Source: a virus
Lineage: Duplodnaviria; Caudoviricetes
DNA: 64,000 nucleotides
Direction: 5' to 3' (one strand)
Virus record (IMG/VR): IMGVR_UViG_3300002220_003476
Span: 1 to 64,000 of that record
Shown here: piece after piece, positions 1 through 9,219 of the stretch
How the letters are laid out: every line of letters begins with the position of its first letter
Position numbering within the stretch: the first letter of the stretch is position 1
Translations under genes and position numbers: made by a program
The notes under the pieces: model-generated
The model's input: the letters and a program-made list of their open reading frames with translations, nothing else
Told to the model about the DNA's origin: nothing
The model's database searches: none

Positions 1-14
1 AAATAAAATTACTA

Positions 15-389
15 TTGTTTCGAGGGTTGATTATGTTTGATTTTAATACATCTCATTACCTTAAACCTAATGACACAGGTGCTTTTTATGATTTAATTAA
101 AAAAGAAAAAATTAAAGATTACGAATGTCCTCAATGTAAAGGTTATGGAGGATGGAACTTGAAACTAAATGCCTATCCATTAAGAGAACATCCAGATACA
201 GCAGAAAATAGACATAAATATGCACATTTTCGTGCATCATGCAATCACTGTAATGGTTATGGGTGGGTTTCTAAAGAAGATTCAACACATATTCACAATT
301 GGATTTTTGTGCAAAACTTAGGAAGATGTTATAATCGTTATAAATGTGATATTTGTGAAAAAATTTGGGATATAGATTCAAGTGATTAA
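15..389 (+). CDS. hypothetical protein with CxxCxGxG zinc-finger motifs
   Basis: CPQCKGYGG, CNHCNGYGW and CDIC motifs (DnaJ-like Zn finger pattern). Confidence 0.6.
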   Translation: MFRGLIMFDFNTSHYLKPNDTGAFYDLIKKEKIKDYECPQCKGYGGWNLKLNAYPLREHPDTAENRHKYAHFRASCNHCNGYGWVSKEDSTHIHNWIFVQNLGRCYNRYKCDICEKIWDIDSSD

Positions 390-437
390 TTGTGAAAATA
401 TTGAAACAATTCAATGAATGTTTGGTGATAGAATAGT

Positions 438-1322
438 ATGATTATCATTGGATCAACAGCAATTAAAAAATTCTATCCAGAATTTCGTGAACCAAAAGAT
501 GTTGACATTTTATGTTACAAAAAAGAATTTGATGAATTAAATTTTGATAAAAGTCAAAACGATAATACTGGAAGAATAACTTTAGATAAAGTTTATGAAT
601 TTCAATTTATTAATAATTGGCCATCTTATAAACATCTGTTAACTGTAACAGATAGTGCTTTTAGATTAAATACAGAAATTGGTAGCATAAAATGTCTACC
701 TCCATTTTGGATGATGATCTTAAAAAAGAGTCATCTATATAGATCTTTAAGTTTCTATAAGCATATCAAAGATTTCCATTTTCTTGAAGGAAAAATGTCA
801 TGGGCTTCAGTTTTTGGCAATGATTACGCTAGATCTGTATATCTGGATATTTTGAAAGATACAAAGTCGAAATTTCCAGACAAGACACCTTCTTTATCTA
901 AAAGTAAAGAGGCATTTTTTAATGATTATGTGATAAAATACGTTGAACATGATTGGATTCATGAGCAAATTGCATTCTATGATAGACCTTTATATGAAAG
1001 ATGTCAAAATGCAGAAGTATTTTGCTCTAAAAAATTGTGGGAACAATTAGACTTTGAAGACAAAATTAAAATGGTCCAAGAAGAAGCTCTAGCTATTGCT
1101 ATTGAGCGAAAAATCATTCCACTATTCATGGAGAATAAATGTTTTAGCTTGTTTTATAAGAGTGCTTTTTATTATGCTGTTGGTCGCATTTGTACTAACT
1201 TATGTAGAGGGTGGTTTAGAGAGTTTGCTCAATTGAACTGGCCAAAAGTAGTACAATGTGATTATGAAAATATTATATCCAACTTTATGAAAGAGTTTGA
1301 AGATGTCTATCGATCAAATTAA
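438..1322 (+). CDS. phage nucleotidyltransferase-like protein (Pol beta superfamily N-terminus)
   Basis: N-terminal IIGS...PKDVDIL (GS/DxD) motif; C-terminal HDWIH motif. Confidence 0.55.
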   Translation: MIIIGSTAIKKFYPEFREPKDVDILCYKKEFDELNFDKSQNDNTGRITLDKVYEFQFINNWPSYKHLLTVTDSAFRLNTEIGSIKCLPPFWMMILKKSHLYRSLSFYKHIKDFHFLEGKMSWASVFGNDYARSVYLDILKDTKSKFPDKTPSLSKSKEAFFNDYVIKYVEHDWIHEQIAFYDRPLYERCQNAEVFCSKKLWEQLDFEDKIKMVQEEALAIAIERKIIPLFMENKCFSLFYKSAFYYAVGRICTNLCRGWFREFAQLNWPKVVQCDYENIISNFMKEFEDVYRSN

Positions 1323-1437
1323 ATTAAAATATGAAAAATTAAAAGAAGAATTAATCAAACAAGAGATTCTGCTGAAAGAGCTAGAAAGTGAAGAAAAGAC
1401 TGTATATGTTTATACTTGTGAATCTCCTCTGAATTAA
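1303..1437 (+). CDS. small coiled-coil hypothetical protein (44 aa, below ORF-track cutoff)
   Basis: Manual translation MSIDQIKLKYEKLKEELIKQEILLKELESEEKTVYVYTCESPLN; fills the gap. Confidence 0.35.
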   Translation: MSIDQIKLKYEKLKEELIKQEILLKELESEEKTVYVYTCESPLN

Positions 1438-1466
1438 TTCAGAGGCTTCTTGCTAGGATTTTTATA

Positions 1467-2261
1467 ATGAAAAATAAAATTACAGAACAACGTCGTAAAT
1501 TAGTTAGATTAACACAAAAATTAAAACATGTTAATGAATTTAAAAATGGTAAATCCACATTAAAAAGTGATATTGCTAAAAAGGTAGCTGCAGCAATTTA
1601 TTCTAATAAATTTAAAGATTACCCCGAATTAAACGCAACTGAAGACTTAATTAAATATGGAGAAAAACGACAAGAAACTAAGATTGGTAGGTGGATTAAA
1701 TCTAGATTTGATTGTAAAGATGAGGAAATTTCTAGCTACATTGAATTGTTTAAAAACTATAAAGACGAACCTCAAGTAGAAATTATTACAGGTAAAGATA
1801 TATATAAATACTATCGAACTACATTTGGTTCAAAATCATGTATGTCTAGAAAACCTCGTGAATATTTTGAAATTTACATGGATAATCCTGATAAGTTTCA
1901 GTTAGTTGTATCATTAAATCCATATAAAGCTAGAGCTATGACATTTATAGGTGACTCTGGCAGAAAATACTATTGTAGTATTTATGGTCCTTCTAAAACT
2001 CTTATCAACTATTTTAATAATAGTGATTATAAATATTTATACTCAGTTAACAATATGTCCGGAAATGATAGTATAACTATTCCTTATAAAGAATATGAAA
2101 AATATCCATTTTTTGATGCATTTAGATATAGCGTAATTGTTGACGAGAAATATATTCTATATAATCTATTCAGCACTTTAATTACTGAACATAAAATAAA
2201 GAGATATAATCTCTTTAATACTACTAACGGAGCTTTAAATTCTAATAGGTTTTACCCATGA
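1467..2261 (+). CDS. hypothetical phage protein
   Basis: 264-aa ORF with SCM...Y..NP...ARA motif pattern; no function assignable. Confidence 0.55.
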   Translation: MKNKITEQRRKLVRLTQKLKHVNEFKNGKSTLKSDIAKKVAAAIYSNKFKDYPELNATEDLIKYGEKRQETKIGRWIKSRFDCKDEEISSYIELFKNYKDEPQVEIITGKDIYKYYRTTFGSKSCMSRKPREYFEIYMDNPDKFQLVVSLNPYKARAMTFIGDSGRKYYCSIYGPSKTLINYFNNSDYKYLYSVNNMSGNDSITIPYKEYEKYPFFDAFRYSVIVDEKYILYNLFSTLITEHKIKRYNLFNTTNGALNSNRFYP

Positions 2262-2683
2262 ATCAAAATCAAGAATTTGAAAATATATTAAATGGAAACA
2301 CACATTATTCAGATGTTAAGGATGTAGATGGATTTATAGATTATCTATATGATAACAATCTATTACTTGAACGAGAAAAAATGGAAACATTATATTTAAA
2401 TAATGATCTTAGATATTATCGTATAGTTATGTTTTTATGTAATCACGCATCTAAAAGTAAAAAACTTATCAATGCTATTAGAAAACATATACCATTTAAA
2501 TGGATATCAAGATTGGATTGTGTACCAAAAAAAGATTTGGATCTATATTATGATAAATATGATATTAGTTTAGTTTGTAGGCATTCAGATTTATCTAAAG
2601 ATATCATCTGGAAAATAAAAGATAAAATTTATTACTCTAATAATGAGACGGTAAAATGGATGCTAGGTGACAAATTAAAATGA
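2258..2683 (+). CDS. hypothetical protein
   Basis: ORF with ATGA overlaps at both ends. Confidence 0.55.
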   Translation: MNQNQEFENILNGNTHYSDVKDVDGFIDYLYDNNLLLEREKMETLYLNNDLRYYRIVMFLCNHASKSKKLINAIRKHIPFKWISRLDCVPKKDLDLYYDKYDISLVCRHSDLSKDIIWKIKDKIYYSNNETVKWMLGDKLK

Positions 2684-3345
2684 AAGAGAAAGTATACTTT
2701 ACATCTGATCTACATTTGGGTCATGCAAATATTATCAAATATTGTAATAGGCCGTTTCTTTGTGAAAAAGATTACGAAGAATGGTTAAAGATCGGTAAAA
2801 AATGGCACCAAGGAGATTATTCAGAGGCATCATATAGAATTTCTCCAGAATCCGTAAAGATAATGGACGATTATTTAATCGAACAGATTAATAAAACTAT
2901 ACCAAAAGATGGTATTCTTTGGCATTTAGGTGATTTTACATTTGGAGACCCAAGACCATATTTAGAAAGAATCAACTGTAGAGTTAGAAATATCATCGGT
3001 AATCACGACAAAAGGTCTAATCAAAGATATTTTGATCAGGCATATGATTTATATGAACTTTACGATAATAAAGACTTGTTTGTATTGTGTCATTATTCTA
3101 TGGTTTCTTGGAATAAATCCCATCGTGGTTCATATATGGTATATGGACACAACCACTCTCTAATGGAAGGTTATCTCAATAACCTTTGGCCCGAAAGAAG
3201 ATCAATGGATATTGGTGTAGACAATGCAAAATTAATCCTTAATGAATACAGACCTTTTTCTCTTCAAGAAATTAAGTCTCTCCTAAACAAACAGGGCCAC
3301 TCAAAATATTTTAATATACCAGAGATTATTAAGCCTGAAGAGTGA
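2680..3345 (+). CDS. calcineurin-like metallophosphoesterase
   Basis: SDLHLGH, GDF, GNHD, HY and GHNH motifs. Confidence 0.88.
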   Translation: MKEKVYFTSDLHLGHANIIKYCNRPFLCEKDYEEWLKIGKKWHQGDYSEASYRISPESVKIMDDYLIEQINKTIPKDGILWHLGDFTFGDPRPYLERINCRVRNIIGNHDKRSNQRYFDQAYDLYELYDNKDLFVLCHYSMVSWNKSHRGSYMVYGHNHSLMEGYLNNLWPERRSMDIGVDNAKLILNEYRPFSLQEIKSLLNKQGHSKYFNIPEIIKPEE

Positions 3346-3439
3346 TTACTTTAGTTGGTCGCCCTTGTATCTATTGATACTTATTGATTCTATATTTAAA
3401 AGGCATTATTTTTCTTTTCGAAAGAACACATAAGACGTA

Positions 3440-3680
3440 ACTATATAACTCTCTCACCCTTTGTTTGTAAACCAGAATTCCGACATTTTCTTCAAAAGAG
3501 TCAGAATAGTCTCCAGATTAAAGATTTTAAACCGGATGAGTGTTGAGTCCTGTGATTAAAACGGTTTAATCCTAGTGGACGCCAGACCCCTTAATCAAGG
3601 TAATACAGTTAAAGGAACTAGCCATGTTAGCCTCAGTTTGTGTTCTCTATTGGTATACGATTGTGGAAGTGAATATCATT
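3440..3680 (-). ncRNA. candidate structured ncRNA (possible HEARO/omegaRNA-like remnant)
   Basis: Four hairpins in a more GC-rich intergenic gap; two need G-U pairs that form only on the minus strand. Confidence 0.4.
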
Positions 3681-3947
3681 GCAAAAAATCCTTTTAAATC
3701 ATCTCATTCAGATTGCTATTATGTAAAGTTACCAGAAAAAGGTTTTGACAACAAAAGAACATACCTTATTTCTCTTTCAAGAAACAACTCTTACGATTTG
3801 AAAAAATTTATTAGAGAAAATCCAAAAGTAGAAAGAATTTATCTTTACAAAATTAAATATGAAGATTACACAGGATATCATTTATCTAGATATTCTTGGT
3901 TGACAATTGATGAAGAAAGAAAAAGAAGAAAAAGATATGAATTTTAG
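3669..3947 (+). CDS. hypothetical protein (GTG at 3669 preferred over ATG at 3624)
   Basis: ORF; the upstream part overlaps the structured element. Confidence 0.45.
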   Translation: MNIIAKNPFKSSHSDCYYVKLPEKGFDNKRTYLISLSRNNSYDLKKFIRENPKVERIYLYKIKYEDYTGYHLSRYSWLTIDEERKRRKRYEF

Positions 3948-4116
3948 TAAGTTAGCAATTGGTGATATGTTTAACGTAAAATCCGGAAGATTTGTAAAGA
4001 TTGAAGAAGACAAAGGTATTTGTGTAATGTCTACAATTATCAAAGTTGGAGATATTTGTGAATTCTTCCAAAAACAAACCGTAATCCCTTTATACATGGC
4101 AGCAAATGATTTTTGA
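3937..4116 (+). CDS. small hypothetical protein
   Basis: MNFSKLAIGDMF start; overlaps neighbours. Confidence 0.5.
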   Translation: MNFSKLAIGDMFNVKSGRFVKIEEDKGICVMSTIIKVGDICEFFQKQTVIPLYMAANDF

Positions 4117-4387
4117 AAACGAACACTATCGACTTCAAATTATTCCAACTTTTGTTCGTAAAGTTAATGAATTTGAAGAAATAACATGTGTACACTGCAA
4201 TGGAAGTGGAATAGATAATAATGATGACCTTGCAGGAGGCTTAGTTTCCTGTCATACAAACTGTTCATGGTGTAGAGGTTCTGGTTTTCAAAAAAGACTA
4301 AAAGTAATTCCTCCGCCACCAGAAATTGACATGGATTTTGTTAATTTTATGAGAGAAGCCTTTAAAGAATACAGAAAAAACACATGA
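4106..4387 (+). CDS. hypothetical protein with CxxCxGxG zinc-finger motifs
   Basis: CVHCNGSG and CSWCRGSG. Confidence 0.6.
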   Translation: MIFENEHYRLQIIPTFVRKVNEFEEITCVHCNGSGIDNNDDLAGGLVSCHTNCSWCRGSGFQKRLKVIPPPPEIDMDFVNFMREAFKEYRKNT

Positions 4388-5262
4388 ACAAAAAAGCAAT
4401 TGTAACTGTTGGTATTTCTGGGTCTGGTAAAACTACTTGGGCAACCAAATTTTGTTCCGAAAATAATTATGTCAATATTAATAGAGATGAAGTAAGATTT
4501 TCTTCTATTTTTAATTCTCCCAAAAGTTGGAATGAGTATAAATTCTCAAACAAAAACGAAAGTATTGTTACCAAAGTTTGTGAAGATAAATTAAACAAAG
4601 CCGTAGAATCTGGTTCTAGTATTATTATTTCAGATACTAATCTTCATCCTAAATATCGCACAACGCTTATTAATAGATTGATAAACCTTGGTTATGAAGT
4701 AGATATTAAAGAATTTCCAATAACTTGGGAAGAGGCATGTAAAAGAGATTCTATAAGAGAAAATGGTGTTGGTAAAGATATTCTATATAAACAATGGCTT
4801 CGATGGCTGGAATATACAAAGAGAAAGACATATACACCAGATAAAACTAAACCTTGTGCAGTAATCATAGACATAGATGGTACTTTAGCAGATAGAGGAA
4901 ATCGTAATCCTCACGATCTTAAAAGAGTTAGTGAAGATACCCTTAGAGAATATGTTTATGTAATTTATAAAGGATTTAAACTTACAAATCATAAAATCAT
5001 TATCTTATCTGGTCGTGAAGACTTATGTAGAAAAGACACAGAAGAATGGTTGACAAAAAATAATATTGAATATGATATATTACTGATGAGGTCAGAAGGA
5101 GATCACCGTAAAGATTCCTTTATTAAAGAGGAATTGTTCTGGACATTTGCAAATGATTTTTGTATAATGTGCGTAGTTGATGATAGGCCGCAAGTTTGCC
5201 GTATGTGGAATGATATTGGCTTAAATGTAATAGATGTTGGTAATCCTAGAAGAGAATTTTAA
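4384..5262 (+). CDS. pseT: polynucleotide 5'-kinase/3'-phosphatase (T4 PseT-like)
   Basis: Walker A GISGSGKT plus HAD DIDGT, SGR and DDR motifs. Confidence 0.9.
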   Translation: MNKKAIVTVGISGSGKTTWATKFCSENNYVNINRDEVRFSSIFNSPKSWNEYKFSNKNESIVTKVCEDKLNKAVESGSSIIISDTNLHPKYRTTLINRLINLGYEVDIKEFPITWEEACKRDSIRENGVGKDILYKQWLRWLEYTKRKTYTPDKTKPCAVIIDIDGTLADRGNRNPHDLKRVSEDTLREYVYVIYKGFKLTNHKIIILSGREDLCRKDTEEWLTKNNIEYDILLMRSEGDHRKDSFIKEELFWTFANDFCIMCVVDDRPQVCRMWNDIGLNVIDVGNPRREF

Positions 5263-6515
5263 TGCATAAGGCAATTGTAACTAAAATCAAAGTAACACCA
5301 CACCCTAACGCTGATCGTTTGGCTGTTGGATATATTTGTGGAGAAACAGTCATTGTTGGAAAAGATACTCCAGACGGTGAATTAGGAGTATATTTCAATT
5401 GCGAACTACAACTATCAAAAGAGTTTGCACAAGCAAATGATCTAATTCGTCGTAAAGATGCAGATGGAAATGATGCTGGCGGATTCTTTGAAGAAAATCG
5501 TAGAGTAAGAATTCAAAAATTTCGTGGAGTTAAATCACATGGTTTTTGGATGCCTATTTCATGTTTAAAAGATTTTGGAAATTATTCTTCTCTAAAAGAA
5601 GGAGATCAAATTGATACATTCAACAATATACCTTTGTGTTGTAAGTATATTTCTAATCGTAATCCTAGAAAATCAGGTGGAAAAATTCCATCTGCTAGAA
5701 AGAAAGAGGTTTGCTTCCCTGAACACCTTGATACACAACAGTTAAAATACAATATCAACAAATTATCAAAAGGTGATGAGTTAATTATTTCTTTGAAAAT
5801 ACATGGAACATCCCAACGTACCGGATACATTCTTTGCAACAAAGAATTAACTTACTGGGAAAAATGGGTTAAGTGGCTTGGTTTTGATATTTCAGAAACC
5901 AAACTTGATTATCTCAACGGTACTAGACGGGTTGTTATTAAAAATACTTTTGGAAATCCGTTTCATGGTCCTGAACTAAGAGAACAAGCAGCTTCTAAAA
6001 TTTTACCATTCTTAGAACCTTATATGATTGCATATTACGAAGTTATTGGATACGAACCATCTGGAGCTTCGATTATGCCCAAGCACAACTTGGGAAAGTT
6101 GAAGGAAAAAGAACTCATTAAACAATATGGGGAAACTATCACATATACTTATGGTTGTGCTGAAGGTCAACATGATGTTTATGTCTATAGAATTGTGTGG
6201 GTTTTACCTAATGGTAAGACTATAGATTTATCTTGGGATGAAGTTAAAGAAAAATGTAACTCTTGGGGAGTAAAACATGTGCCGGAATTACAGCGTTTTG
6301 TATATGATGGAGATGTTGACAAATTAATTCTAGAATTAGATAATATTTCAGATGGTCCAGATCCAATAGATAGTCGTCATATTAGAGAAGGTATATGCGT
6401 AAGAGTAAATAAACCCGGTTGGTTCTGCTTTAAGAATAAAGGTTGGACTTTTAAGGTGGCAGAAGGTATCATCAAGGAAGACGAAAACTATGTTGACTTG
6501 GAGGAAGAATCTTAA
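5262..6515 (+). CDS. RNA ligase, DRB0094-like (N-terminal tRNA-binding OB fold)
   Basis: HPNADRL N-terminal motif, KIHGTS adenylation motif, REGICV...FKNK motifs. Confidence 0.85.
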   Translation: MHKAIVTKIKVTPHPNADRLAVGYICGETVIVGKDTPDGELGVYFNCELQLSKEFAQANDLIRRKDADGNDAGGFFEENRRVRIQKFRGVKSHGFWMPISCLKDFGNYSSLKEGDQIDTFNNIPLCCKYISNRNPRKSGGKIPSARKKEVCFPEHLDTQQLKYNINKLSKGDELIISLKIHGTSQRTGYILCNKELTYWEKWVKWLGFDISETKLDYLNGTRRVVIKNTFGNPFHGPELREQAASKILPFLEPYMIAYYEVIGYEPSGASIMPKHNLGKLKEKELIKQYGETITYTYGCAEGQHDVYVYRIVWVLPNGKTIDLSWDEVKEKCNSWGVKHVPELQRFVYDGDVDKLILELDNISDGPDPIDSRHIREGICVRVNKPGWFCFKNKGWTFKVAEGIIKEDENYVDLEEES

Positions 6516-6525
6516 TTAATAGATT

Positions 6526-6639
6526 TACACCGTGGCGAAAATGGTAAAAGCAGCCAGACGCAAATCTGGTGTGAAAAGATTTTATAAACAAAAGTCCTTA
6601 AAATCTAAGTAAATGAAAGTTCGAATCTTTCCGGTGTAG
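6526..6639 (+). tRNA. atypical tRNA-like RNA (Leu-CAA or Cys-GCA derived) with 44-nt variable arm
   Basis: 7-bp acceptor TACACCG/CGGTGTA; T arm GAAAG-TTCGAAT-CTTTC; D arm TGGCGAAAATGGTAAAAGC; anticodon stem GCCAGA/TCTGGT with loop CGCAAA; no encoded CCA. Confidence 0.65.
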
Positions 6640-6662
6640 TTTGATATTTAATAAAAAAAATA

Positions 6663-7208
6663 ATGAAAATATATACAAATCCAGGTAAAGCACGTAAACA
6701 ATGTCAGTGTGGAGTATATTGTCACGCACGTTGTGCAAATTGCCCAAAATGTAATTTTATCTTCAATAAAGAAGTATATGAAAGAAAACAGAATGTAACA
6801 GAAATCAAATCTTCTGATACTGGAGGGCAAGGAAGGAAAGAATGTAAAACATGTAATAAGTTTTTTGGTGTAAGAACAAAATTTTGTCCATTATGTGGTA
6901 AAGATTTCAAACCTGTAGAAAAACAAGTAAGAGAAGTATATCAAGAGTTTCCAAAATATGCAGAACAACTTGGCATGTTTGGTACAAAAGTTATTATTAT
7001 ACCATCTGGTCAATATATTAAACCTAAATCTTCATCTAAAGAAGACATATTAGATTGGATAAATATTGCTGTATTTAAAGGAGACTCTATTATAGCACCA
7101 ACAGGATTAAAATATATGCTGAGGTCTTTCTTTCAAGAAGAAGAATTAAATAAAACAACAGGTTATGTAGACTTATGGTATAAGGAATTAAAAAATGGCA
7201 CTATCTGA
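6663..7208 (+). CDS. tandem zinc-ribbon protein
   Basis: Two repeats: GKARKQCQCG...CPKCNFIF and GQGRKECKTC...CPLCGKDF. Confidence 0.6.
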   Translation: MKIYTNPGKARKQCQCGVYCHARCANCPKCNFIFNKEVYERKQNVTEIKSSDTGGQGRKECKTCNKFFGVRTKFCPLCGKDFKPVEKQVREVYQEFPKYAEQLGMFGTKVIIIPSGQYIKPKSSSKEDILDWINIAVFKGDSIIAPTGLKYMLRSFFQEEELNKTTGYVDLWYKELKNGTI

Positions 7209-7359
7209 TACTATTCAAAATATTATTAATTATCTACATCCGTTTCCTATTGAATATGAAGATGTAGAAATAGAAGATTTTTTTGATTTTGAAGAATATC
7301 TAAATGAATTAGAAAGGAAAAATAGTGAGCATACCGATCAAAACGAGACCATCGACTGA
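7195..7359 (+). CDS. small acidic hypothetical protein (54 aa)
   Basis: Manual translation MALSDTIQNIINYLHPFPIEYEDVEIEDFFDFEEYLNELERK...; fills the gap before rIIA. Confidence 0.4.
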   Translation: MALSDTIQNIINYLHPFPIEYEDVEIEDFFDFEEYLNELERKNSEHTDQNETID

Positions 7360-9211
7360 AACATCTTTTGTTAATCAAAAAGCATTTACTATAAAAGCTT
7401 CTGGTCATGCATTCGATATTATTAGCAGGGGTATTTATACAGACGCATATTTAGCTATTGTAAGAGAACTTGGTTGTAATGCTTACGACTCTCAAATCGA
7501 GGCGGGCTATACAGAGCCTTTTAAAGTTCATTGTCCAACACATGATAATCTTAAATTAGTTATTAGAGATTATGGGACTGGAATGACTGCCGATAAGATT
7601 AACAATGTATACACTACAGTGTTTGAGTCTGACAAAACTGAATCTAATAATCAAATTGGATGTTTAGGACTAGGGTCAAAAAGTCCATTTGCTCTTTATA
7701 ATGAGTTTACAGTTATTAGTTATGTAGACGGAAAAGCTGATAGATATTTATGTTTTAAAAATGAGGAAAATCTACCTCAAATTAGTCATCTTGCAACAGA
7801 AGACACTTCAGAACATAATGGCGTAGAAATTATTATACCAGTTAAAAGTGGAGATGTGTCACATTTTGCAAGAGTAGCACAACAAGCTTTTTCAGTTTTT
7901 GCAAAACCTCCAATTTGTAATATACATATTACACCAGTGTCATATAGTATTAAGACAAGTAACTATGGAATTGTTACAGGTTATCAAAATACAGCTAATG
8001 CTATAATGGGTAATGTAAGATATAGAATCAATATTGATGCTATAGAAAATTTAACAAACAACCAAAGAAGCGTCTTAAGATCTGGTATAGATTTATTTTT
8101 CAAAATTGGAGATTTATCATTTGCTGCATCTAGAGAAGAATTAAATCTCGACAATGTAACAAAAATGAGAATAAAAAATAAGATTGACATAATTATAGCT
8201 GAGTATGAAAAAGATCTACAAAAAGAGGTAGACAAAGCTAATACTATGGCTGAAGCATTTAACATCTTTAATGTTAAAAAAATTATTCCTGTAGATAAAA
8301 CAAAAATAAAATGGAATAATAAAGAAATAGTTAGCACTATTGATCTTCCGTCAGAAATAAAAATTGACAATTATTGTTATAGAAAAACTTCTACACGCCA
8401 GCTTTATCTACAAAACTGGTTAAAACCAAATATAGTAATCAATGATATTCCTCGTGGAGTTTATGTAAAAGTTGAACAAAATCATTTATCTCCATGTTTT
8501 GTAATTAAGCCAGAAGATTTAGAGCCGACACTTAGTCTAATAGACTGCTCTTTAGATTATGCTCAAAAAACTTTTAACATATATAAAGCATCTGAACTTA
8601 AACACACACCTAAAAAATATCAACAAGGTAGAGTACCAAAAGTTGGTAAGTATAATGGTGGATATACTCTATCAAGATCATTTAGTCAGGTAGACGTACC
8701 GAAAGATGGATATTATATTGTTGTAAATAGAAATAGATTCAAATTTGGAGATAAATTCAATATTACTTTTAATGATTTTATTAATATACGTAATTTTATG
8801 ATATATATTAATAAAAATGTAGATGTCTATTGTATTAAAGAGAAATCTTTCAAAAAATCTGCTGGTAATTTAAAATGTTTCTTTACTTATACTAAAGAAT
8901 GTTGTACTGAATATATCAAAAATCAAAAAATTATAACTTATGAAAAATATAAATTTGATTCACAGATCTTAAAATATAGTAAATATCTACCTCCAGATAT
9001 TGTAGATATACATAAAAATTATAAGAATATTAGTATGCCAAGTAATTTGAATAAAGTTAAAGAATTATTAGGAGTACTAGAAAATGTTCAAATCGATAAT
9101 CTTACAGAAAAAGTAGAAAAAGCTTTAAAAAAATATGAATTACTATTTCAACCTTCATATGGGCATGTAGTCAAGTATATTGATTTAGTAAACAAGGGTA
9201 TGTTTAACTAG
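7325..9211 (+). CDS. rIIA: rIIA-like protein (GHKL/Hsp90-like ATPase N-domain)
   Basis: RELGCNAYDS, IRDYGTGM, GCLGLGSKSPF, NGVEI GHKL motifs; followed by rIIB. Confidence 0.88.
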   Translation: MSIPIKTRPSTETSFVNQKAFTIKASGHAFDIISRGIYTDAYLAIVRELGCNAYDSQIEAGYTEPFKVHCPTHDNLKLVIRDYGTGMTADKINNVYTTVFESDKTESNNQIGCLGLGSKSPFALYNEFTVISYVDGKADRYLCFKNEENLPQISHLATEDTSEHNGVEIIIPVKSGDVSHFARVAQQAFSVFAKPPICNIHITPVSYSIKTSNYGIVTGYQNTANAIMGNVRYRINIDAIENLTNNQRSVLRSGIDLFFKIGDLSFAASREELNLDNVTKMRIKNKIDIIIAEYEKDLQKEVDKANTMAEAFNIFNVKKIIPVDKTKIKWNNKEIVSTIDLPSEIKIDNYCYRKTSTRQLYLQNWLKPNIVINDIPRGVYVKVEQNHLSPCFVIKPEDLEPTLSLIDCSLDYAQKTFNIYKASELKHTPKKYQQGRVPKVGKYNGGYTLSRSFSQVDVPKDGYYIVVNRNRFKFGDKFNITFNDFINIRNFMIYINKNVDVYCIKEKSFKKSAGNLKCFFTYTKECCTEYIKNQKIITYEKYKFDSQILKYSKYLPPDIVDIHKNYKNISMPSNLNKVKELLGVLENVQIDNLTEKVEKALKKYELLFQPSYGHVVKYIDLVNKGMFN

Positions 9212-9219
9212 GAAAAATA

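Noticed and set aside
6526-6639. tmRNA or a canonical tRNA-Cys/Leu
   Set aside because: No tag ORF, too short for tmRNA and no G3-U70 pair; the anticodon loop and variable arm are non-canonical, so no decoding call is made
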